Virus record (IMG/VR): IMGVR_UViG_3300033067_000616
Span: 150 to 64,149 of that record
Strand: one strand, 5' to 3'
Length of the DNA: 64,000 nt
DNA from: a virus
Taxonomy: Duplodnaviria; Caudoviricetes
The notes beneath the pieces were generated by a model that was not told where the DNA came from, did no database searches, and was given only the letters and a program-made list of their open reading frames with translations. Shown here piece after piece: positions 7,927 to 15,357 of this stretch. The number at the start of each line of letters is the position of its first letter. The stretch's first letter is position 1. The position numbers were made by a program, and so were the translations under genes.

Positions 7927-8256
7927 ATGCAAAAAATCAAAACACGTTATCGTCAGTTATTAAATGACGCAATTCATTCAAACCGATGGAACAAGAACTC
8001 AACTGTCCGACAATTAGTCGGTCTACCTCGAGAGAAATTCCGCATGTATTTAGAGTCCCAGTTCACCGACGAGATGACATGGGACAACTTCGGTACCTGT
8101 TGGTATCTTAAATTCCGCACTCCGCTCAAGGAAGCTAAAAGCGAGTCTGAGCTAGTGCAATTGTTTCACTTTTTAAATATCTATCCACATGAAACTATTC
8201 GAGCTAAAAAAAATCCAGTCGGACTTCCCGACAGAGAAGATAACCTCATCGAATGA
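7927..8256 (+). CDS. Degenerate HNH-like protein
   Basis: YLESQF...MTWDNFG..W matches the viral HNH family ending WHIDH.IP, but here reads WYLKFRTP. Confidence 0.5.
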   Translation: MQKIKTRYRQLLNDAIHSNRWNKNSTVRQLVGLPREKFRMYLESQFTDEMTWDNFGTCWYLKFRTPLKEAKSESELVQLFHFLNIYPHETIRAKKNPVGLPDREDNLIE

Positions 8257-8617
8257 CGCTCAGTTGTTCATCCGTCAGTTCTATGGCGATGACATTGAGG
8301 TATTCGAGAGCGCGTTCATTTTGTTGCTCAATCGGCAGAACAAAACAATCGGATACGCCAAGATAAGCCAAGGTGGTATTGCTGGCACATATGTTGACCC
8401 AAAGATAGTCGCGAAGTATGCTGTTGACAGCCTAGCGAGCGGTGTAATCTTTTGTCACAATCATCCATCAGGGAATCTTCAACCTAGTGTTGAAGACATT
8501 CAACTGAGCAAAAAACTAAAGCAAGGCCTCAACTTGTTAGATATCAACCTATTAGACAGCATTATATTAACCCCTACTTCAGCTTACACATCATTAGCTG
8601 ACCTAGGACAAATCTAA
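8189..8617 (+). CDS. RadC-like JAB domain protein
   Basis: E.F.+LLLN..N..IG...IS.GGI.GT.VDP..+ ... HNHPSG...PS..D. Confidence 0.9.
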   Translation: MKLFELKKIQSDFPTEKITSSNDAQLFIRQFYGDDIEVFESAFILLLNRQNKTIGYAKISQGGIAGTYVDPKIVAKYAVDSLASGVIFCHNHPSGNLQPSVEDIQLSKKLKQGLNLLDINLLDSIILTPTSAYTSLADLGQI

Positions 8618-8622
8618 AAACC

Positions 8623-9186
8623 ATGAACGCAGTAATCCAATCCTTCCTAGAAGGCAAAAAGAAAAAACAAGGGAACGGCCAAACGGATGGCCGCTCATTA
8701 TTTCTATTCGGCAACCTAATCGCCGAGCACCGAACCGACGGCCTGTATGTCACCAATGCAGGATGGCCGACAAGGACGACCAACAAATGGCTAAATACAC
8801 TTCCGAACGTAAGTGTATACATGCATAAGAAAAAACCAATCCTAAACGGCAACCAATGGGACGGCGAGATGACAAAGGTCAACAGCAACCCACAGCCTAT
8901 CTCCAACAATGTTGGAGAATGTTTCGATGAAAGCCAAGAGTACGTCCGCTTGGATGGTTGGAGAGGTTATGCCAAGCCTAAGTATTCAGTTCACTGTGAG
9001 CCTGACACCGGTCAATGGGACGACAGCCCGTATCCAAATGCTGAGCGCAACATCAAAGCAAAACTCGCTGAGCTCAAGGCTCGTAACATTCCATCCAAAG
9101 TAATTACTTTGGAGACATCGAACGTTTTCTGTGTAAACCATTTCATTATTGTACCACCTAAATTTTACGACCATGTCACCAGTTGA
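8623..9186 (+). CDS. Early hypothetical protein, possibly two domains
   Basis: 187-aa ORF; GW.T.TT...LN motif in the N-half, DGWRGY in the C-half. Confidence 0.6.
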   Translation: MNAVIQSFLEGKKKKQGNGQTDGRSLFLFGNLIAEHRTDGLYVTNAGWPTRTTNKWLNTLPNVSVYMHKKKPILNGNQWDGEMTKVNSNPQPISNNVGECFDESQEYVRLDGWRGYAKPKYSVHCEPDTGQWDDSPYPNAERNIKAKLAELKARNIPSKVITLETSNVFCVNHFIIVPPKFYDHVTS

Positions 9187-9538
9187 ATTTTTAAAACGAA
9201 TGGTAGATATACCATCACCGATTCTAGCTCAGGCTCTAGAGATGGAACAAGAGTACAGGCAGAATGCCTACATGGAAGGCATGGTAAGGGCAACACCTCA
9301 CAAGTCATTCACTCACTACAAAGACCTTGACTTCAGTTCATGGCAAGAGTTGTATGAGTACATCTTAGAGTCCAAGATGAACGGCCAACACAAACAAAGC
9401 AAAGAGCTATACAAAGGCCTATCTGAGAGACGTCAGGTCGAGTACATTGATTGGCTACGTGAGACGTTATTCTACGACGACATGCCTGATGGAAAATTAA
9501 AAGAGTACCAACAAATAATCAACTATTATGATCACTAA
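9149..9538 (+). CDS. Early hypothetical protein
   Basis: ORF track, coupled overlaps. Confidence 0.55.
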   Translation: MYHLNFTTMSPVEFLKRMVDIPSPILAQALEMEQEYRQNAYMEGMVRATPHKSFTHYKDLDFSSWQELYEYILESKMNGQHKQSKELYKGLSERRQVEYIDWLRETLFYDDMPDGKLKEYQQIINYYDH

Positions 9539-9731
9539 ACACGACCTTGAATATGTTGGCTACGATAGTATCCAACAATACTTCGAAGAGATTGCTCAAC
9601 AGATTGAGCAGAACAATTTATCAACCGCCGAGGAGATGAAGTCCAGGCTGAGCCGTCAACAGCTCAGGGACTTCGAGGACTTCATCAGTGAGGCATATTA
9701 CTATGAAAGCTATGACAATCAGATTCACTGA
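9528..9731 (+). CDS. Early hypothetical protein
   Basis: ORF track; weak likeness to the C-half of the previous ORF. Confidence 0.55.
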   Translation: MITKHDLEYVGYDSIQQYFEEIAQQIEQNNLSTAEEMKSRLSRQQLRDFEDFISEAYYYESYDNQIH

Positions 9732-9837
9732 AAGTTGGCCGGCCGGTAGGACTATCGGTCTGTCAGTATCCCTGAGTTTGGATGACAGGGAGATTCTCAT
9801 CCATTTTTTATTACACGGTATAAGTATAAAGTTATGA
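9712..9837 (+). CDS. Small protein (41 aa) absent from the ORF track
   Basis: MTIRFTESWPAGRTIGLSVSLSLDDREILIHFLLHGISIKL; overlaps the flanking ORFs. Confidence 0.45.
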   Translation: MTIRFTESWPAGRTIGLSVSLSLDDREILIHFLLHGISIKL

Positions 9838-10132
9838 TGAAATTCCACATCTGCTATCACCTGAGTCCAATCCTCTGCTCAGGTGTAACGATAGAGGCAG
9901 ACAGCGTTAAAGAGGCAATAGACAAATCAAACATACCTGAACATGAAATCATCTATGTCGCCAATCTTAAAGAGGTACATCGTGACCTATGAGAGTGGCA
10001 AGTCGCTTAAGTTATTTGCAACAAATCCGATGACTGCACTCACTCTTGGGTCTATTGTTAGTGATCAGATTGTCACCGAGGTAACCCAAGCTGTAGTTCA
10101 AATTAGTATTAACAAAGTAAATCCAAATTAAC

Positions 10133-10606
10133 ATGTATGCAACACTTTTTATCGCAACAATGCTCGGAATGGGCCTTGTTGCACGAATCAAGAACGATAT
10201 CCTTCGTGCTTCCATCGGAATCCCAATGGTAGTCGCAATGTTTATGTTTGGCATGCTAACCTTTGCATCAGCCATAAGCGCCCAATGGATTCCTGATCGT
10301 CCTGAATATGAGTTTGTTAGAGATGGAAACTTCTACATGCTTGAGCAGTCAAGACGAAAGGCGACTAACATCTGTTTGGAGACCTTAAAAAATAATGGCG
10401 TCAACATGTACACCATTGAGGTTGATGAGTCTGATACGATAACTCCAATCAACACTCACCTAAACAGAGAGCCAGGATTTGTCTACATTGCGTATGTAAC
10501 CAAGAGAAAGTCAGGTGACTACGTCATCTGTTTTAGATACCTTGAGGACAAGCCATGGGATTTTGAAGAAGACTTTGTAACACTTGAGTATGAAGGCATG
10601 GAATGA
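10133..10606 (+). CDS. Membrane-anchored hypothetical protein
   Basis: Two N-terminal hydrophobic segments. Confidence 0.55.
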   Translation: MYATLFIATMLGMGLVARIKNDILRASIGIPMVVAMFMFGMLTFASAISAQWIPDRPEYEFVRDGNFYMLEQSRRKATNICLETLKNNGVNMYTIEVDESDTITPINTHLNREPGFVYIAYVTKRKSGDYVICFRYLEDKPWDFEEDFVTLEYEGME

Positions 10607-10919
10607 CATCACCGAGCAACACACACCATGGTTAACAGGTGAAGGCGAGTACTTCATTGACATGGGTGTAAAGATAGAGAGGCTCTGGGATGGGTCGTTT
10701 CGAATTTACAATGCGAACAATGCTAACTTCGAAGAGGTTAGCTCTGAACAATACGACATCTTTGAGCGCCATGGTTTCAAGCCTGGCGCTTATCGAGTCA
10801 TGATGGATCATTTAGTTGATGAGGTTCGTAAGTCAAGATATAATCTTGACAAGCGGAAAAAAATTATTGAAAAATATTTGCAATTCAAGAAGAAATATAT
10901 TAGCTTTGTTCAAATTTAA
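10584..10919 (+). CDS. Hypothetical protein
   Basis: ORF track. Confidence 0.55.
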   Translation: MSMKAWNDITEQHTPWLTGEGEYFIDMGVKIERLWDGSFRIYNANNANFEEVSSEQYDIFERHGFKPGAYRVMMDHLVDEVRKSRYNLDKRKKIIEKYLQFKKKYISFVQI

Positions 10920-10927
10920 TTAACAAT

Positions 10928-11407
10928 ATGTCGCACTGGAGAAATTTAATGAAAGACAACAAGTACCTAGGGAGTTGGGACTTGGAGGTCGACGGCAAGT
11001 ATGAGCCGAGAGTAGTAACAATCGAGAAGGTATTTCAGGACGTTATGGTCGGAGAGATGGGTAAGGAGGACAAGGTGTTCATCAAGCTCAAAGAATTTCC
11101 AAAGAGCATGGTGGCCAACCGGACAAACTTTAAGAGACTTGAGACGTTCTTTCAGTCCTTCGACTTCAACGAATACGTAGGCAAGCAGATTGTCTTGGGC
11201 GTTGAGAAGGTAAAGAGTCCACAAGGTATGACTGATGCGTTGCGTTTCAGCACACGTCCGCTACCAAAGAAGGAGAAGCCAAGCATCACACCTGATCGCT
11301 TTGCTAAGGCATTGCAGGCTATCGCTGATGGCAAGACAACGGCTGAGAAATTAATCGCTGATTTTAATCTAACACCTGAGCAGCATGCTGAAGTTACGGG
11401 CAAGTAA
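10928..11407 (+). CDS. Putative ssDNA-binding/annealing protein of the recombination module
   Basis: HW+...YLG.WDL...VTI.KV...K.MV.N.TN.K.+ family motif; directly upstream of the exonuclease. Confidence 0.5.
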   Translation: MSHWRNLMKDNKYLGSWDLEVDGKYEPRVVTIEKVFQDVMVGEMGKEDKVFIKLKEFPKSMVANRTNFKRLETFFQSFDFNEYVGKQIVLGVEKVKSPQGMTDALRFSTRPLPKKEKPSITPDRFAKALQAIADGKTTAEKLIADFNLTPEQHAEVTGK

Positions 11408-12170
11408 GTGTGCACCGCTATTCAACAGCGGCACACCAGGACTGACGCCATTGCAGGCAGCAACGCTTGCCGGCTTACTCAGTAAGATTGAGCTGACGGC
11501 CGCTCAGGCTAAGAAGCGCGACGAGTTGGTTGCTAAGCGAGACACTAAGCCTGATCTAAGTCAGGGTGCCAAGACGTTGATCGAGGAGATCATTGACGAG
11601 AAGGTATACCAATACAAAGATCACTTCTGGAGCAAGGAGACTGATAAGGGTACAGCTGTTGAGGACGAAGCGATTGAGTTGTATAACCGCATCTTCTTCA
11701 CCAACTACAGCAAGACTGTTGACGGTGACAAGTACGCATACCTCAACACACCACTCATGCATGGACATCCTGATATAGTTGACGCTGAGCGACTCAAGGT
11801 GCTTGACATAAAGTCATCATACACCAAGAAGACATTCCCTAAGACTGAGGAGAAGGCCGCTAAGAAGGTCAAGGAGTCAGGGTATGACTGGCAAGTGAAG
11901 GCATACTTATGGATGCTACGTCAGATGACCGGGCTTGATTGGCGTGATGGTGAGGTGGCATACATGCTGTGCAACACACCTGAGGAATTGTTAGGTGAGT
12001 GGGATGAGCCAACGTTGCACTACATGGATGACATTGATGACAACATGAGGGCCACCATAGTTAAGGTGACTCTCACAGACGACGACATCGCAACGATCGA
12101 GAATTGGCTTAAGGTGGCTAATGAGTACGCTGATAAGTATATCAGCATACTAAAAACAAAGAACCTATGA
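11385..12170 (+). CDS. YqaJ/lambda-type PD-(D/E)XK exonuclease
   Basis: KG...EDEAI..Y, GHPD, LDIKSS, Y.WQ..AY..L motifs. Confidence 0.8.
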   Translation: MLKLRASKCAPLFNSGTPGLTPLQAATLAGLLSKIELTAAQAKKRDELVAKRDTKPDLSQGAKTLIEEIIDEKVYQYKDHFWSKETDKGTAVEDEAIELYNRIFFTNYSKTVDGDKYAYLNTPLMHGHPDIVDAERLKVLDIKSSYTKKTFPKTEEKAAKKVKESGYDWQVKAYLWMLRQMTGLDWRDGEVAYMLCNTPEELLGEWDEPTLHYMDDIDDNMRATIVKVTLTDDDIATIENWLKVANEYADKYISILKTKNL

Positions 12171-12424
12171 GAGTCCGGTTATTGACAGATGGTGGATACC
12201 ATAGCCTGATCGATGACGTAGGTGAGGTGTACAAAGCTCGTAAGGAGGGTCACTACTACTTGGTCATGATTAAGGGCAATGAGTATGTGTTCTATTCAGA
12301 TGAGCTTGAGATATTTAGTACTTTTGAGCAAGCAGCAGAAGACAATGCTGCTATAAAAATTATTGTCGTATCAATTATTGCAGCCCTGCTATGCATGGCC
12401 GCTATCATTTATGTAATCTTTTAA
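12167..12424 (+). CDS. Hypothetical protein with a C-terminal TM helix
   Basis: ORF track; hydrophobic C-terminus. Confidence 0.5.
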   Translation: MRVRLLTDGGYHSLIDDVGEVYKARKEGHYYLVMIKGNEYVFYSDELEIFSTFEQAAEDNAAIKIIVVSIIAALLCMAAIIYVIF

Positions 12425-12427
12425 TAT

Positions 12428-12790
12428 ATGTTTAAATACAAAGGCGTTGTCTATAAGGTAGGCAACTTGGAGGTAATCTCCGAAAAATTTAGCAAGCGTG
12501 AGTTAGTGTTAACCGATGGCGCTGAGCAGTATCCACAATTTATTTCTTTCACGTTTGTGAAGGAAAAGTGCGCGTTACTTGACAGCGTTGGTTCAGGCCA
12601 AGAGGTTGAGGTGTCGTTCAGTTTGAAAGGCCGTGAGTGGGTCAATCCGAAGGATGGCCAAGTCAAGTTCTTCAACACTGTAGAAGGCAGTTGGATCAAT
12701 TATGTTGGTAATCCTGCTTTTGCCCCTGGTGCAGCACCTAGCGCTCCGGGATCAGGTCACACTGACGATTCGGGAGATCTTCCTTTTTAA
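12428..12790 (+). CDS. ssb: Single-stranded DNA-binding protein (DUF3127 type)
   Basis: SEKF.KRE.V.......YPQ.I.F......C.LLD......V.V.F.L.GREW...KFFN; acidic DDLPF-type C-terminus. Confidence 0.8.
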   Translation: MFKYKGVVYKVGNLEVISEKFSKRELVLTDGAEQYPQFISFTFVKEKCALLDSVGSGQEVEVSFSLKGREWVNPKDGQVKFFNTVEGSWINYVGNPAFAPGAAPSAPGSGHTDDSGDLPF

Positions 12791-12831
12791 GAAGTTGTTT
12801 GACCCACTAGTCTGGGTGGTTTTATTGGTTC

Positions 12832-12860
12832 AATGGGTGTAGGCTAGTGCACCCATTTTT
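12832..12860 (+). terminator. Rho-independent terminator
   Basis: aatgggtgt/gcacccatt stem followed by a T-run. Confidence 0.6.
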
Positions 12861-12873
12861 AATCTAATGTAAT

Positions 12874-13263
12874 ATGTGGCATAGTACATCTACGGCTGAT
12901 CAGCAGACCGACCCTGTTGTTGATAGGGTAATCAAGAAATATCATGATAGATCCCAAACAGGTATCAAGAAGTACGGGACGATGCTAACGCGTGACGATC
13001 TAAGTGAGCTTGAATGGCTGAAGCATTTGCAGGAAGAATTACAGGACGCAACTCTCTACATTGAGAGATTGATGATTGTGAGAGAGCCGTCTGACTATTA
13101 CGACAAAGCGGCTCAAATAGTTAGTAAAGAGATTAATCGTTTAGAGCCAGTGTTAAAGTTCATGGAAGCTCTCAACATAAACATGGATAGCATATTCCAG
13201 ATAACAGACGTGTATGGTAATCCAGTTGAGATAAAAGTATCAGACGTATTCAATAACCTTTAA
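12874..13263 (+). CDS. All-alpha NTP-pyrophosphatase-like (MazG-like) protein
   Basis: RS..G.KKYG..L.R.DL...EWL.HLQEEL.DA.LY motif. Confidence 0.55.
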   Translation: MWHSTSTADQQTDPVVDRVIKKYHDRSQTGIKKYGTMLTRDDLSELEWLKHLQEELQDATLYIERLMIVREPSDYYDKAAQIVSKEINRLEPVLKFMEALNINMDSIFQITDVYGNPVEIKVSDVFNNL

Positions 13264-13274
13264 ATCAGAATAAG

Positions 13275-13499
13275 ATGAAAGCACCTAAAGAAAAGGCAGA
13301 AGAACTAATTGAAAAACATTTAGATAAAATGTTTGAATTAAGAGATGGATATAATTCAACTGAAATTTATGAAGCAGCCAAAGAATCTGCAAAAAATACA
13401 GTTGATGAGATACTATCATTTGTTGAAGATGATAGGCAAGGGTTTAATTGGAAAACCTATTATAAGCAAGTAAAACACGAACTAAATAAATCAGAATGA
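13275..13499 (+). CDS. Cassette protein (paralog of 19274..19480)
   Basis: M.PKEKA.EL...; ends KSE*. Confidence 0.6.
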   Translation: MKAPKEKAEELIEKHLDKMFELRDGYNSTEIYEAAKESAKNTVDEILSFVEDDRQGFNWKTYYKQVKHELNKSE

Positions 13500-13747
13500 C
13501 AGCAGTAGAACATTTTTTAGATGATTTAGTAAAACGCAGAATGATTAGTTTAAACAATAGTCAAATTAATTATTCTGAACTAGAAAATATAATTCAAAAG
13601 AATTTAGAACTCGAAAAAGAACAAGCTAAACATATTTGTATTATAGTAATGGAAACTGATGATATTCCAAGAAAAGGAACATTAGATGATTATTTTAAAG
13701 AAGTATTTGAGTTAGCGATAAACAAACGAAGCAATGAAAATCATTAA
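13496..13747 (+). CDS. Cassette protein (MTAVE family)
   Basis: MTAVE start, shared with 14554..14766. Confidence 0.6.
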   Translation: MTAVEHFLDDLVKRRMISLNNSQINYSELENIIQKNLELEKEQAKHICIIVMETDDIPRKGTLDDYFKEVFELAINKRSNENH

Positions 13748-13934
13748 AACATTAATTGCAATATCAGTGATTAGTATATCATCGTTATTATTTCCAATTT
13801 TTGGTCAATGGTACGAACAAAAAACAGAAATGACACCCGTATTATTTTACGCTTTTTCATTTATTGGAGGATGCGCAGGATTAATACTTACATTGACGGC
13901 AATATGGGATGACAAATTTAGAAATAACCTTTAA
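13734..13934 (+). CDS. Small membrane protein
   Basis: Two TM-like segments. Confidence 0.5.
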   Translation: MKIIKTLIAISVISISSLLFPIFGQWYEQKTEMTPVLFYAFSFIGGCAGLILTLTAIWDDKFRNNL

Positions 13935-14068
13935 ACAAGAAGAACAATGAAACTAAACAAAGACGATAGACGAGAAGAGATGGCTGCTTATGGAACTATC
14001 TTACTCACTTCAGTAGTAGTTATCTATGTAATTTACGCAATATTCAGTAACCTATAAATAAAAAACAA

Positions 14069-14196
14069 ATGGAAAACAAAACAAACACGGGCGCTATTTT
14101 CAAGAACGACAAAAAGACGAAGCAGTAATCGAGCAGATAAAAGAGAAGATTGAACTTGCTCGTGAGTATTATAACGCACTAATCCAAATGCTATGA
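14069..14196 (+). pseudogene. Fused remnants of two genes (deletion/recombination scar)
   Basis: MENKTNTGAIFKNDKKT gene start joined out of frame to DEAVIEQIKEKIELAREYYNALIQML*, which resembles an exonuclease C-terminus. Confidence 0.5.
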
Positions 14197-14450
14197 ACCA
14201 AGAAATAAAAGACCAAGTAGTTTTATCCGTAATGGCAAAGTATGCAGAACGCTCAGCTACTGGCTTACGTAAATACGGAACTACATTAGACCGAGAAGAC
14301 CTGACTATCTTTGATTGGATAAATCACGCTCAGAAGGAAGCTATGGATTTCACGTTGTACCTTGAGCGAATCCGTAAAGAGATAAGCATTGAGAAAGTAA
14401 AGAGCTTCAGCGAGGGCTACCGCGAAGCAAGTAAAACACGAACTAAATAA
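14193..14450 (+). CDS. Second MazG-like/NTP-PPase-like protein
   Basis: RS.TG.RKYGTTLDR.DL...DWI.HAQ.EAMD..LYLERI. Confidence 0.55.
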   Translation: MNQEIKDQVVLSVMAKYAERSATGLRKYGTTLDREDLTIFDWINHAQKEAMDFTLYLERIRKEISIEKVKSFSEGYREASKTRTK

Positions 14451-14553
14451 ATCAGAATAAGATGATAATCATAATAGAAAACCAACCAGTAAAGAAACCG
14501 AAAACATCTCCAAACACAGCTGAGGAGATGGGAGTTAAAAAACCTAAATCAGA

Positions 14554-14766
14554 ATGACAGCAGTAGAATTTTTAGAAGAGGAACTAAAAGCAAATCTCAA
14601 GAAAGTAATATTAGAAGGCGACTCTGAATTTATGGAAAGTTTATTTGAACAAGCCAAAGAACTAGAAGAAAAGCGCATGCTAGAGTTTGCAGGTATAGTA
14701 AGTGTAGCTGCTGTAGCTAGAGGCACAGGGTGGAGTATTAGAGACTTGTATAACGAATACAAATGA
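14554..14766 (+). CDS. Cassette protein (MTAVE family)
   Basis: MTAVEFL...FEQAKE.E.K. Confidence 0.6.
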   Translation: MTAVEFLEEELKANLKKVILEGDSEFMESLFEQAKELEEKRMLEFAGIVSVAAVARGTGWSIRDLYNEYK

Positions 14767-14963
14767 AAAGAGACATTATAATTGCAGCCGCGCTAATTGG
14801 ATTAGGCGTGCTGATTGGCTACTTCTTATTTAGTAAGGAGCCAGAGAAAGAATTTCATGTCATTGAGGTACCAAAGACCAGTGACATTACAGACGGATTG
14901 ACCGGACGTAAATTAACTTATTATGAAAACTTGTATGCTAGATCAAATAAAAGAATGGATTAA
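14763..14963 (+). CDS. Small membrane-anchored protein
   Basis: N-terminal TM helix. Confidence 0.5.
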   Translation: MKRDIIIAAALIGLGVLIGYFLFSKEPEKEFHVIEVPKTSDITDGLTGRKLTYYENLYARSNKRMD

Positions 14964-15357
14964 GAGGGATGGCCTTGACGGCCCGAGTCAGCGCGTTGAC
15001 TTGGTATACAAGCGCAACTATTTGTTCAGTATACTTCGAGAAAACATGACACTTCAAGAGATCGGTAGGTTGTTCAATAGGAGACACTCATTGGTCATTC
15101 ATGGTATCAAGACGCATGAGAAGATGATGTCTGAGACCTATGAGTACAATGGTATGGAAATCAAGGGAAACCTTGCTTATTTGGCGGTGATTAACGAATA
15201 TAAAAAAGAATATGATAACCTATTTTCAAACGGTGATAAACACCAGCAAGCCGTTCTACGTGTCTTTAGAGACAGCTCTACAGAGGATCAGGGAGGGAAA
15301 ATCGCAGCAGATAGTGGAGCAAGTGAGAGCCCTTACTCAAAAGGATGCGCGCAATGA
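14923..15357 (+). CDS. DnaA C-terminal-like HTH protein
   Basis: R...V.KR......LRE.MTLQEIG.LF.R.HS.VIHG. Confidence 0.55.
   Translation: MKTCMLDQIKEWIKRDGLDGPSQRVDLVYKRNYLFSILRENMTLQEIGRLFNRRHSLVIHGIKTHEKMMSETYEYNGMEIKGNLAYLAVINEYKKEYDNLFSNGDKHQQAVLRVFRDSSTEDQGGKIAADSGASESPYSKGCAQ

Larger units (their letters stand above)
13262..14555 (+). repeat. Cassette array 1: small AT-rich ORFs delimited by AAATCAGAAT
   Basis: Motif at 13262, 13488, 14449, 14546; 34-bp direct repeat 13464-13497 = 14425-14458. Confidence 0.7.

Noticed and set aside
9731-9805. Hairpins (ggccggtag/ctatcggtc; ccctg/caggg; ggatga/tcatcc) suggesting a riboswitch or ribozyme
   Set aside because: The region is covered by a plausible coupled 41-aa ORF (9712..9837) and has no ribozyme core motifs
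15212-15357. Dual-coding overlap between the HTH protein and the primase
   Set aside because: The HTH tail in the overlap looks like non-conserved run-on sequence, so the overlap is probably incidental
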